From Octopus sinensis (Eukaryota), in contig NC_043010.1 of the NCBI RefSeq assembly GCF_006345805.1, positions 2,418,001 to 2,482,000 on the forward strand: a DNA stretch of 64,000 bases. Reading direction: 5' to 3'. Position numbers and translations under genes: made by a program. The stretch's first letter is position 1; every line of letters begins with the position of its first letter. Under the pieces are notes generated by a model. That model saw only the letters and a program-made list of their open reading frames with translations, was not told where the DNA came from and did no database searches. This document shows, one piece after another, positions 24,943 to 38,345 of the stretch.

Positions 24943-25963
24943 CTATATATATATAGATATATATATAGATATATATGTATATATATATGATAATAATAAT
25001 AATAAAGGTGGCTTATTTACAATTTACAACTGAAAGGCAAAACTACAGACGTCACTAAAGTGACTAAGGGCACTAGTTAGCACCAGGACTGCTAGAAATA
25101 AGAGTCAAAATAACTCATAGGCATGATAAAGCACTTACCTCATGACTAACAAGGGAGGCAAGCTCCCTACAATATCTGGAGCATAGCCAGATCACCAGTG
25201 ATTTTGCATTTTAATTAATGCTCATCAGTGTCTCTTACCTGGCTGCCAAGGATTAAGCCAGTTCATCTTGTCAATTTATTCTTGTTACCATAGAAATCTC
25301 ACACTGATTTCATAAATGGTTTATAGCATTCTACCTCTACAATCTTTCATCTTTTACTAGTTTCAGTCATTAGGCTGTGGCCATGCTGGGGCACCACCTT
25401 GAAGAAATTTTAGTTAAATAAATCAAACCCAATGCACTTTTTTCTCTATTTTTTTTTAAGTCTGGTATTTATTCCATTGGTCTCTTTTGCAAAATTGCTA
25501 AGTTAAGGGGATGTAAACACACCAACATCAGATCTGAAGTGGTCATGAGCAACAAACACAGACACAAAGACACACACACATATAATAACTGTATATAATA
25601 TATATCATAATGATATTTCCTCTCCAATGTGAAGCAACAATTTTCATATATAAACAAATGACTGAAAAATGGTGAGCTAACCTCATGCAGAATCAAACTC
25701 ACAAATCAACATTTCCATGGCTCCTGGTGAATCCGATTAGCCAAACACTCACCCATCAATTTCAGTCAAATTTAGTTAATCTATACTTAAACAGTCTTGA
25801 TACTAAATAAATAAAATTTATGTAAACAAACCTGAAAGGCTTTGCAAGTTACAGAGAGAAAGTTACTATGAAAGGCTCATAGTATAATAACTGTATAACA
25901 ACTTAGGAAGCGTTGAATGTGTTTGGTATCTTACAGACAAGAAAGTCAATTTGAAAATAATAG

Positions 25964-26002
<39 letters not shown>

Positions 26003-26004
<2 letters not shown>

Positions 26005-26401
26005 TCTTTACTCTTTTACTTGTTTCAGTCAGTTGACTGCGGCCATGCTGGAGCACCACCTTTAGTCGAGCAACTCGACCCCGGGACATATTCTTTGTAA
26101 GCCCAGTACTTATTCTATCAGTCTCTTTTGCCGAACCACTAAGTGACGGAGACATAAACACACCAGCATCGGTTATCAAACAATGCTAGGGGGACAAACA
26201 CAGACACACAAACATACACACACACATATATATACATATATACAATGGGCTTCTTTCAGTTTCCGTCTACTAAATCCACTCACAAGGCTTTGGTCGGCCC
26301 GAGGCTATAGTAGAAGACATTTGCCCAAGGTGCCACGCAGTGGGACTGAACCCGGAACCATGTGGTTGATAAGCAAGCTACTTACCACACAGCCACTCCT
26401 A
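26003..26401 (-). mobile_element. SINE family B, near-consensus, next to (TA)n
   Basis: Complete copy. Confidence 0.9.
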
Positions 26402-26502
26402 TATTACGTTTATATATTTGTTGTGCAAGATTTTTTATGTGAAGTCGTGTGTTGAAACAGACATTATTGTATTTCGGAATGGTCATTTTGCCAGTTTAGC
26501 CA

Positions 26503-26574
<72 letters not shown>

Positions 26575-28387
26575 CATATATATATAGATAGATAGATTTC
26601 CGTCTACCAAATCCTCTCACAAGGCTTTGGCTGGTCCAAAGTTATAGAAGACACTTGCCCAAGGAACCACACAGCCACTCAGTGGGACTGAACCTGGAAA
26701 TATATATGGTTCAGAAGCAAGCTTCTTACCACACAGCCACACCTGCCCCTATAACCATTGCCAACTTTACACTATACCAATATACCACCCCTTTTTTTAA
26801 TGTACCTAAATACCTGCCCCCCCCCCACTATTTGCATCAGTGTTGAAAATATTTATACCTGTTGTTAATTTTTTGTTATTGTTATTCCTATTGTTGTAAT
26901 TGCTGTTTTTGTTGTTGTTGTTGTCGTTGTTATAGGAATTGGTTGTTGTTATAGGAATTGGTTGTTGTTGTTGTTGCTAATTATTTTCTTCAAGAAAATT
27001 GGTTTCTTAAGTCAAAGTGTTGCCAGATAATTCTGATTTATATTGAAAGATCAAAGAATTAGGCAGCAGCCAGAAGAGTTGTTGTTGTTGTTGTTGTAGT
27101 TGTGGTGGTGGTGGTGGTTATAATGATGATAGTGCTACAGGTAGATGTGTTGATAGTGATAGTGGTGGTGCTGGAGAATGTGTTGATGGTGGTGGTGGTG
27201 CTGGTTGAACTTGCTGTAATATCGGTAAATGGTTATCATTATCATCATGGTGGTAGTGATGGTGATATTGCTAGTATAGGAGTGGTGGTGTTAGGAGTAG
27301 TCATAATCATGGTGGTGGTGGTGGTGTTGGAGTAGAGAAATAGATTAGCAAATCATGATCGTCTCATCCCAGCAGTTAGGGACTTCAAATAGATAATAGG
27401 AAGCTTGTGATGTTAAAGAGAGAGAGAGAGTTTAGTTGCATTAGTGACCGTTGGTCAAAACATATGGTGTTAGAAATAGTGTTAGGTAACGCAGTGGTGT
27501 TGAAATAGATTGTTTAGGGATTAAGGGTAGCAGCAATGATGGGAGGTTTCATGGTGGTAGAAATTTTGGACTTTAGTAATGCTAATGGAGGGTATGAGAC
27601 ACATTGGCACAGCTATTTTGGTGCCACCTGTATGGCATCACTTATATGATATCAGTGGTCTTCAAGTTTTTCACATTCTCTTCCTCCCTCTTTTTCTCTC
27701 TCACTCTTTTTTTCTCTCCCCGACTTTTTCTCTCTGCATGAGCGTATTTCTACACACACGTGTGTGTGTGTGCGCATGCTCTTGTTGAGATATCTTGTAA
27801 TCACTGTAAATGATCCTCATTTATCACACAAATGAGTTTGTTAGTTTCCAGTCTTCCATGAAAAGCATACCTGATTAAGAAATATTACCTGGTTGGAAGC
27901 CAACGAGGGCTGGTGACAGGAAGAGCATCCAGATGTAGAAAATTTGCATTTACAAATTCTATCTCACCCATGCAAGTATGGAAATGTGGTTGTTAAATGA
28001 TGATGACAATGATGATGGTGTGTGCGTGTGTGTGTGTGTATTTCATTTACCAAATTCACAAATAAGGCATTGAGTAACTTTGGGCTATAGCAGAAGACAC
28101 TAACCAATATCCCACACGGTGCGATTGAACCCAAATTCAAATAGTTGTGAAGTCAATTTCGTAACCACAGAACCAAGGAAACAGTATATAATATGTCTGT
28201 CACGTTTCTCTTTTATGATAATGACATAATAGAGTGTGAAGAAAATTTGTCTGTGATTTCTCTTCCTAAAAGTTCAAACAACTAAATAGAGAATTCCTCA
28301 TTGCCTCATGGCCTATGTTGTTATTGTAATGAAACTCCATTCAGCTCTGATAAAACAGACTTATGCCACACAGGTATTTAGTATAGC

Positions 28388-28654
28388 CAGGGCTGAGGAG
28401 TGGAAACAAAAAACTTTGACTCCTGTACTATTGGCACCTCCGACTCCAACTCTGACTCCTCTTTATGTAATTAAGTGATTGTGGACTACATATCTCATAA
28501 AGCACATGCATGTGCTTGTACTCTGAGTAGGCCTATGTGTTATAACTGGTTTATATTAAAGAATAAAGACATTGTGAGTCGTAATCGGTCAGTATAGTTT
28601 TACTGACTCCGACTCAAGCTACCCCTTGTTTCCAACTACGAGTCCTCAGCCTTG
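28388..28654. mobile_element. hAT-type MITE
   Basis: TIRs cagggctgaggagt / agtcctcagccttg, subterminal gactcc repeats, perfect 8-bp TSD agtatagc (28380-87, 28655-62). Confidence 0.9.
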
Positions 28655-30461
28655 AGTATAGCGAAGGACTATATTACATCCACTATACAAGGATTGCTTA
28701 GCTTAAAGGTACAGAGCACTCAACCGGAACTTGAGAGGTGCAGGGCTCAATTTTTAAATACCAACAGAGAAAGGATATACTGAATAATGCTTTCCATGCT
28801 AGCATGGGTTGGACGGTTCAACTGGGGTCTGTGAAGCCAGAAGGCTGCATCAGGCCCAGTCTGATCTGGCAGTGTTTCTACGGCTGGATGCCCTTCATAA
28901 CGCCAACCACTCCGAGAGTGTAGTGGGTGCTTTGTACGTGCCACCCGCACAGGTGCCAGACGGAGCTGGCAAACGGCCACAGACAGATGGTGCTTTTTAC
29001 GTGCCACCGTACTGCATTATTCAGTATATCCTTTCTCAAGACAGTAGTTGGTATTTAAGGGTGACTTAGGTGTTATTTCTTGGCTAACCTCCCTTTTAGT
29101 TTCATTGTTGTTATTTAACCACAAGATCTTAATGCAAAATTTTGATTTTCATTTTGATTTTCAGCCATGGTCTGTTTAGGACTACATTATCCAACGTAGC
29201 ACTCTTTTTTTGTAATAGGTATATGATTTGAAGGAGGTTCAGCAGTTATTTCTAGCAAATCAAGCAACCATATAGGAGCTGTGTAGAGATAATAGCAGTG
29301 TGTACATGTAGGTGTGTGTGTGTGATGTGTGTGTCAGAGAGAGAGAGAGAGAGAAGAAAGAGGAGGGCAGTTTGCACTGATAGTAGAAATGGAAAATGCA
29401 TGAGCTCCATGTTGATCCTTTCTCGTTCAACTGAACGATCCGTTAATTAATTGTCAGTCAATTATTCAATTATGAGATGGCTGTTACAAGTTTCCACTTC
29501 TAAAGGACAATTATTGCATTTTTGGTTCTATGATAAAAAACAGAATGGCTCTTGGAAAATTTAGTCGAGGGGATGATGTTGTTACGTAAGGCTCCTTGTG
29601 TGGGTGTGTGTGTTAGAGTACATGTGGGTATGTACGGATATATTTGTTTAAATGTGTGTGTAAGAATGAATCATGCAGGGAAGGCAGAGTGAAGGGTTAA
29701 TGTATATAGATGAATGCATGTGTATCAATGTATCTGCATGTAGCATGAGTGCATGTGTGTGTGTGTAGATGTCGTTGAAAAAATAACCAGAGTTGTGTTT
29801 GTTATCCTTTGTATGTATACATGTGTGTATGAGTGTATACATATTCGGTTATATGTGTATGTGTGTGTACATGTTAAAAAAGACTATACAAATTTAATAT
29901 GCTTGTTATATATATATATATATGTTTATGTGTGTGCATGAAGGTGGGTATATGTGCATGCATGCAAACTTATTGAAGAAGACCATGCAGGGTTAATGTG
30001 CATGTTATTGTATATATGCATATTTATACGTGTGTGTGTGCAAGTGGGTGTATATATATATATGGGTGTATGTGTGTAAATATATTGAAAAAGACAATAG
30101 TATGTTATTTTATATGTATGTGTGAAATTGTGTACAATGATGTTTTTGTGTGCATGTGTACATGTGAATTTGCATGTGGTCATATAAACATGTAGTTGTG
30201 GATAAGAGAGTGTGTATAGATGAATAACAATGTGTGTGTGTGTGTGTGTGTGTGTGCATGTCTGTATTGATGTTGAATTACATGAATATATGCATCCTTT
30301 TACATCAATTCATGTGTATAAATGCATCAGTGATGTGCAGTGTGTGTGTATGTGTGGGTGCATTTGCATGTATTTGTGTGTCAATGACCATAGATGCATG
30401 TGTAAATATGAATGCATCCATTCATGGAAAGCTACATAGATTCACACGTACATATACCCAA

Positions 30462-30495
<34 letters not shown>

Positions 30496-30848
30496 TTATA
30501 TACAAAAACACATCTACTTGTACATAAATACACACACACACACACATCATCATTATCCTCCTTCTCATCATTGTTTTACTGTCTGCTTTTCCATGCTTCC
30601 AAGGGTCAGATGAGATTATCTTAGGCAGATGCCTTCAGTCCAGATGCCCTTCCTGCTGCCACCCTACTCTTGTCCCTCTCTATAGTAATAATCTCTTTGC
30701 CTACCAAACAATAAACAGCCCAAATATGCTTTCAGAGTGGTCGACAAGTAAATGACAACATCAGGAAGCTATTATTTACAAGGCAACAGACAGAAAGGAA
30801 ATATAAACTCACAGAACCACACACACACAGACATGCATACACATAAAC

Positions 30849-30887
<39 letters not shown>

Positions 30888-30911
30888 AGAGATGGATGGA
30901 TGGATGGATGG

Positions 30912-30943
<32 letters not shown>

Positions 30944-31299
30944 CTTCTTTCAGTTTCATCTACAAATTCACTTACAAAGCTTCGGTCAGCCTAGAGTTAT
31001 AATAGGAGCCCTTGCACGAGGTGCCATGCAGTAGAACTGAACCCCAGACCATATGGTTGGAAGACAAACTTGCTCACTGGTATTTCGTCTGCCGCTACAT
31101 GTTTGCTTCCCAGCCACATAGTTCTGAGTTCAGTCCTACTGCATGACACCTTGGACAAATGTCTTCTGCTATATTCCCAAACCAAACAAAGCCTTTCAGT
31201 TGTTATATTTTTCTTGTTTATTTACAAAGAATAAGATCCATATTGTAATGTGATACATTATTTCACTTTTATACTTTTACTTTTAATTCTAACCACAGC

Positions 31300-32000
31300 G
31301 GTAACATCACATTTTGTATATGACTGTGTATCTGTCTGCGAATGTATGTGAGTGTGTGAGTGTGTATATGTCTCACAATGTGTGTGTGTGTGTCTTTCCA
31401 CATTAGGTACGTTATTAAACACACTGTATGTATGTGAAGACCGGTCAGTGTCAATACGAAATTTTATTTTCATTTCAATTAAAACAATTTAACATTTCAT
31501 AGAGACAACTTTTCTATTGTCAACAGGACATCTTATACTACAACGACAACGACGTCACATTTTGTATGTGACTGTGTATTGTTCTGTGAGTGTATGTGTG
31601 TAGGTGTATGAGAGTGCATATGTCTTATAGTATGTGTATCTTCCTGCATTAGGTACGTTATTAATTACACACACAGCTACACAGACATATGTAACGGTAC
31701 ATTATTAAAAACACACACACACACACATCTACACATATGTATACATATGTGACGACTGACATGTGTGAATGTGTCTGTGTGTGTCTATCTTACTATATGT
31801 AAGTGAGGGCTGGCCAGTGTCAATACATCTTTCTATAGTCAACAGAACATTTTATACCACAACAACGACATCACATTTTGTATATGACTGTGTATCTGTC
31901 TGTGAGTGTATGAGAGTGTGTATGTCTCATAGAGAGTGTGTTGTCTTTCTGCATTAGGTACATTATTAAACATACACACATCTACACACACATATATATA
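31300..32000 (+). repeat. Three degenerate tandem copies of a ~250-310-bp unit
   Basis: catcacattttgtat(a/g)tgactgtgtat...cattaggtac(g/a)ttattaa recurs at about 31305, 31553, 31868. Confidence 0.8.
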
Positions 32001-32008
32001 TCTATATA

Positions 32009-32323
32009 TATCACTGTGATCACCATGACCAACCAGTCCATCAGATGTTGTTACACATCGCTGGTCACAATGCGCTTCGCATTGTTTTAGACTTCAAATG
32101 ACGCCACCCCGCTGGCTAAGCGAGCAGGCCAACAGAAGTAAGAGTGAGAGGAAGTTGTGGCAAAAGAGCACAGCAGGGATCGCCACCCCCCCCTGCCGGA
32201 GCCTCGTGGAGCTTTTAGGTGTTTTCGCTCAATAAACACACACAATGCCCGGTCTGGGAATCAAAACCGTGATCCTACGACCGCGAGTCCGCTGCCCTAA
32301 CCACTAGGCCATTGCGCCTCCAC
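32009..32323 (-). mobile_element. tRNA-derived SINE (OR-like), tail type II
   Basis: Highly similar to 13695-14002. Confidence 0.85.
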
Positions 32324-32917
32324 CTATATTTATATATATGTATAAATACCAACAAACCTGAAGACTGCACCAACAAAGCAGTTTCCTGTTTTCCAATTAC
32401 TCCCACCAACCATGTGATAAGCCATTATGCCTTAATTTTTCAAGTACTTCATTACTACATATTCTCATGTGACTACATAGGCTCACTTTATGTTTCTTAT
32501 TCTACAGCCACACCAGTAATCCGATGTCCAACCCTTCGCCTTCTGTAAGTTCACCTTGCCGTTGCCGTCTCCCATTGCAGCCCATTTCTGGAATGTACCC
32601 ATTTATGCATAGAATCTCCATTGCACCCACCTCTATTCATATGACTGTCAACCATATGATGGGTGATGTTAGATGCAGTACTGACTGCCTCAAAGGCAAG
32701 TATATCCACTGACAGCTTTTTGGTGGGGTCAAAAATTACATACCATCTCACAACCAATTTTCACGACAGGGCCTGGAATCCTCCAAATGGATGTATTACA
32801 TGTCGCTTAGTTGTATTAGACCATCATTTACTCCACAAATTTTCTGTTGTCAATACTGCACTTTACCATATCACCTGTTTCAATATAACTGTAATATATA
32901 AATATACAAACTATACC

Positions 32918-33119
32918 TATTTCTTTATTACCCACAGGGGGCTAAACATAGAAGGGACAAAGACAGACATAGGTATTAAGTCGATTACATCGACCCCAGT
33001 GCGCAACTGGTACTTAACTTATCGACCCCGAAAGGATGAAAGGCAAAGTCGACCTCGGCGGAATTTGAACTCACAATGTAACGACAGACGAATTACGGCT
33101 ACGCATTTCGCCCGGCATG
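32918..33119 (-). mobile_element. SINE family C, 5'-truncated, 11-bp TSD
   Basis: caaactatacc at 32907-32917 and 33120-33130. Confidence 0.9.
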
Positions 33120-33529
33120 CAAACTATACCATTTTAACCCCGGGTATCTCTGCAAGGAATTTATAAATAGTTTCTGTAATATGTTCATGTACTTTCCTTA
33201 AGTGGGTTTATAAACACTGCTTGTTTTTGTCCTATTCTTCACTAAAGTCTGAAGATGAGGAATATAAAGCAAGCAGGAATGGTGAGGGAAGTTCTCAGAT
33301 TCCAATAAATATATTTCTATGTTTTATGCTAAATGCTCAATGCTCTCTTTTTAGATGTTCTCACAATTTCTTTGGTACACATACACACACACACATACAC
33401 ACACACACACACATATATATATATAAAATTATTACAAAATGCATTTCATAAAATTATTTTAGCATTTTCTGCCTTGTCTTATTTTCCTTATATATATATA
33501 CATACATACATACATATATATATATATAT

Positions 33530-33567
<38 letters not shown>

Positions 33568-33570
33568 TAT

Positions 33571-34285
33571 AACTTAGAATAACTTAGAAAGGTTTTGGCC
33601 AATATTGGCCCAGGCCATGTCTAACTTAATAGCACCACCTGGCGAAGTCTTTCAATACAGGATTTGGGTACCGAGGCCCATTCGAGCAGAGAGTTATTGT
33701 TTGCGGAGACATATCCGGGTGTGGGTGGTTTGTCCGGGATTGCTTGAAGGAATTTGTCCAAAGACTTCTTGAATTTTGTGTAGTCAGTTTCATTTTTGAC
33801 GTGCCCTGGTGTAATGTTGAAGAGAGCGGGTCCAATTGAGGTGAAATAGTTGTGCCGTATTGTCGTTATGTGATGCGATTTAGATTTTTGTTGTGGACGG
33901 ATGGCACGTGGTCCTTGAATGTATTTTAAAGGTGATGCCAACATCATTCGGACAGTGCTGATGGAATATTTTCCACATCATACAGATAATGTAGTGTTCA
34001 CGGCGTCGTTGGAGTGAATACAGTTTCAGCTTCTCTAGTCTACCCCAGTAATCAAGGTCTGACATGCCATCTATCTTTTTTGTGATTGACCATTGGGGAG
34101 CTTCAATTCTCATAATATTTTGTTTTGTGTAGGGAGACTACAGTGGACAGCAGTATTCAAGGTGGGGTCGGGCAAAAGTGGAGAAGAGAAGGATAATAGT
34201 GTGGGAATATCTCGACTGGAAGGTTCTGAGAATCCAGGAACATATTCTGCGGGCCATGTCAACTTTGCTGCTTATATGAGGGAGG
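33571..34285 (-). mobile_element. Decayed 5'-truncated CR1/L2-group LINE (ORF2 C-terminus, 3'UTR, TTCTAAGTTA tail)
   Basis: WILRTFQSR..HLEYCCPL*SP..LDYWGRLEKLKLYSLQRRRE..GPALFNITP..FKKSLDKFLQAIPDKP. Confidence 0.85.
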
Positions 34286-34379
34286 TGTATATGTATATGC
34301 ATGCATACATACATACATATATATATGGTGCTATGAAGTTAGACATGGCCTGGGCCAATAATGGCCGAAACCTATCAAA

Positions 34380-34413
<34 letters not shown>

Positions 34414-34699
34414 AAGCACATATGTATGTGCAAATACATACAAAGTTCTCTCTACATAGCTTATAACTTAGCAAATTTCATTTATAATGAATAGGTGAAC
34501 CTGAGGCCATGACCAAAGACACATATCTAAAAGTTGAATTGAACCCAACTCAATGTCTTTGAGAATCAAACTTCTTAACCACAGAGCTAGGCCTGCAGTT
34601 ATTGTAAATACCAAATCTATCCAGAATTCATTTTTGTCAACAAACATTTGCAATGTGTGTGCATGTATGCATGTGTGTGTATGTGCATATGTACCATAT

Positions 34700-34806
34700 A
34701 TAGATAGATATAGATATGTGTGTGTAAATAAATATATATGTATATATATCCACACACGCACATAAATATAACTTATATATAATACAGATAAATATAATAT
34801 ATATAT

Positions 34807-34842
<36 letters not shown>

Positions 34843-35537
34843 AGGCCTGATGAAGCCTTCCGGCTTCACAAACCCCAGTTGAACCGTCCAACCCATGCTA
34901 GCATGGAAAACGGACGCTAAACGATGTTGATGATGATATATATATATATATATCATATATATACATATATATATATAATATATACATACATATATATACA
35001 TACATACATATATATACATACTATATATATATATACATACATACATATATATATATACATACATATATAATATACATACATATATATATATACATACATA
35101 TATATATATATATATACATACATATATATATATTACATACATATATATATATATACATACATATATATATATATATACATACATATATATATAATATACA
35201 TACATATATATATATTATACATACATATATTATATATACATACATATATATATATATACATACATATTTATATACATACATACATATATACATACATACA
35301 TATATATATACATACATATATATATATACATACATATATATATACATACATATATATATACATACATATATATATACATATATATATATACATATATAAT
35401 ATACATATATATATATATATACACATGCATATATACATATATATACATACATTATATATATATATATATATATACACATGCATATATAATATATATATAC
35501 ATACATATATATATACTATATATACATACATATATAC

Positions 35538-35571
<34 letters not shown>

Positions 35572-35640
35572 CATACATATATATATACATATATATACAT
35601 ACATATATATATATATACATATATATACATACATATATAT
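34700..35640. repeat. TA/TACA-based array
   Basis: Direct; interrupted by an RTE 3'-end fragment at about 34843-34935. Confidence 0.95.
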
Positions 35641-37252
35641 TGATTGATTGATTGATTGATTCTAGTTTCAGCTTATGAGCTGTGGCCATGCTGGGGCACC
35701 GCCATTTGGTGTTGCTACTTGGTTTCACTTCATGGGGGCTTTCTAGCAACTGCTATTTGGTGCATGAGAGAGTTCGATGCAGCTGCCCTCATCTGCCCCT
35801 CCTGCCGTGAAGTTGGTTCATCTGGGACACCTGACAGGAAGAGATCCAGCTTCATTTTAAAGACATCTGTATCCACCCCATGCAGGTCTCTCAGGTTCTT
35901 CGGGAGGATATTGAAGAGCTGTGGGTCTCGGAAGCCCAGGCTATCACAGAATCTTGTCCTACATCTTGATGGCAGGTTTGGAGTCCTAGGCACCACGCAG
36001 TGGCGCCCAGTTCTGGCATTTGCGTAACTCTCGATGCCAAAGTTCAGGACACTTCCCTCCAGGATCTTCCAGATGTATATTATGGCATATCTTTCCCGCC
36101 TACGCTCCAGGGAATATAATTTTAATCTCTTGAGTCTTTCCCAGTAGCTTACATTCTGCATAGAGGCTATCTTCTTCGTGTAGCTTCGTTGGATCGCCTC
36201 AAGTTCTGTGATCAACTTGACACTGGATGGTGACCATAGCTGAGAGCAATAGTCAAAGTGGCTTAGGACAAGTGTCTTCCAGAGGACCATCATGGTTTCT
36301 TGTTCTCTTGTTCTAAAGGTTCTAAGAATCCATCCAGCCAGCCGTCTACATTTCATTGTCAGTTTAGCAACATGTACATGAAAGGTCGCGTCATCACTCA
36401 TGTGAATACCCAGGTCACGCACTGATTGTGCCTCTGGGATTGCAATCCCTCCGGGTCCAGTGTATTCATTGGGTATTGCATTCAGTTTTGCATGCTGATA
36501 GTATAAAGCTTGAAACTTTCCAGCATTGAACTGCATGCTATTCTTTTCAGCCCACTTGTATATTTCGTCCAACTCACATTGCAGGTGTTTAGTGTCCTCA
36601 GGGTTCTGTATTGCCTGTGAAACTTTTGTATCATCTGCATAACTTGTGATCGTGGCTCTCTGCGTGGCTGAGGGCATGTCTGAGAGGGCTATTATGAACA
36701 GTAGTGGTCCCAGAACAGTGCCCTGCGGAACACCGCTCACTATTTGTGTGTTAATGGAGGTGGCCCCATTGGCTACTACCACCTGACTTCTATCCTTCAG
36801 AAAGTCATGAAGCCATTCTCCCAGTTTTCCAACTATGTTGAGATCACGCAGTTTGTGACATATCATTCCATGATCGACTTTATCAAAGGCCTTTGCAAAG
36901 TCGAGATATATCACTTCCACATTTGAGTGGTTGAGCAGCCGTTTCAGCACCCAGTCATAGTGTTGTAGGAGCTGAGTTAAACAGCTTCTCCCTGGTCGGA
37001 AACCATGTTGGGTGTCGGGCAGCAAGTCATTCTCTTCAAGGAAGGTGATCAGCTTCCTTCTGACTATTCGTTCCATGACCTTGCTGATGTGTGAGGTCAG
37101 AGAGATAGGTCTATAGTTCTTGGCTTCCGCTCTGCTACCTCCTTTATGAATGGGGCATAGTTTACCTTCCTTCAGTTTTCCTGGAAGTTTGCCAGCTGCA
37201 AGGAAGCTCTGAAAGAGGAACTGCAGTGGTCTTGCTAGGACTCTCTTACATG
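35641..37252 (-). mobile_element. 5'-truncated CR1/L2-group LINE with (AATC)n tail
   Basis: RT ORF, short 3'UTR, (AATC)n tail at 35641-35660. Confidence 0.95.
35730..37250 (-). CDS. LINE ORF2 reverse transcriptase and C-terminus (506 open codons; first ATG at 37076), endonuclease lost
   Basis: [55 protein letters not shown]; no stop or frameshift. Confidence 0.9.
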   Translation of the reverse strand, partial: CKRVLARPLQFLFQSFLAAGKLPGKLKEGKLCPIHKGGSRAEAKNYRPISLTSHISKVMERIVRRKLITFLEENDLLPDTQHGFRPGRSCLTQLLQHYDWVLKRLLNHSNVEVIYLDFAKAFDKVDHGMICHKLRDLNIVGKLGEWLHDFLKDRSQVVVANGATSINTQIVSGVPQGTVLGPLLFIIALSDMPSATQRATITSYADDTKVSQAIQNPEDTKHLQCELDEIYKWAEKNSMQFNAGKFQALYYQHAKLNAIPNEYTGPGGIAIPEAQSVRDLGIHMSDDATFHVHVAKLTMKCRRLAGWILRTFRTREQETMMVLWKTLVLSHFDYCSQLWSPSSVKLITELEAIQRSYTKKIASMQNVSYWERLKRLKLYSLERRRERYAIIYIWKILEGSVLNFGIESYANARTGRHCVVPRTPNLPSRCRTRFCDSLGFRDPQLFNILPKNLRDLHGVDTDVFKMKLDLFLSGVPDEPTSRQEGQMRAAASNSLMHQIAVARKPP

Positions 37253-37254
37253 CT

Positions 37255-37287
<33 letters not shown>

Positions 37288-38063
37288 GCATATATATACA
37301 TGCATATATATATACATGCATATATATATATATACATATACATATATATGCATATATATATATACATATATATGCATATATATATATATACATATATATG
37401 CATATATATATATACATATATATGCATATATATATATACATATATATGCATATATATATATACATATATATGCATATATATACATATATATGCATATATA
37501 TATATATGCATATATATATACACATATATATGCATATATATATTGCATATATATATATACATATATATGCATATATATATATGCATATATATATATACAC
37601 ATATATATGCATATATATATTACATATATATATATGCATATATATATATACATATATATGCATATATATATATATGCATTATATATATACATATATATGC
37701 ATATATATATATGCATATATATATATACATATATATGCATATATATATATGCATATATATATATACATATATATGCATATATATTGCATATATATTATAC
37801 ATATAATGCATATATATATATACATATAATTACATATATATGCATATATATATATGCATATATATATATGCATATATATATACATATATATGCATAATAT
37901 ATATACATATATATGCATATATATAATACATATATATGCATATTAATATATATATGCATATATATATATATATAACATATATATGCATATATATATATAT
38001 ATACATATATATGCATATATATATATACATATATATGCATATATATATATACATATATGCATA

Positions 38064-38099
<36 letters not shown>

Positions 38100-38154
38100 C
38101 ATGCATATATACATTTATATATATATACGTGCATATATACATTTATATATATAC

Positions 38155-38205
<51 letters not shown>

Positions 38206-38308
38206 CATACATATATATACATACATACATATATAAATACTTATATATATATATATATATATACGTACATACATATATACATACATATATAAATACTTAT
38301 ATATATAC

Positions 38309-38340
<32 letters not shown>
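37255..38340. repeat. ~1.1-kb TATATGCA/TATATACA array
   Basis: Direct. Confidence 0.95.

Positions 38341-38345
<5 letters not shown>

Noticed and set aside
28392-28410. CUGAGGA-gug-GAAAC
   Set aside because: No stem II; lies in the hAT TIR
34846-34875. CUGAUGA followed by an AGCC/GGCU hairpin
   Set aside because: No GAAA or stem III follows; part of the RTE 3'UTR fragment
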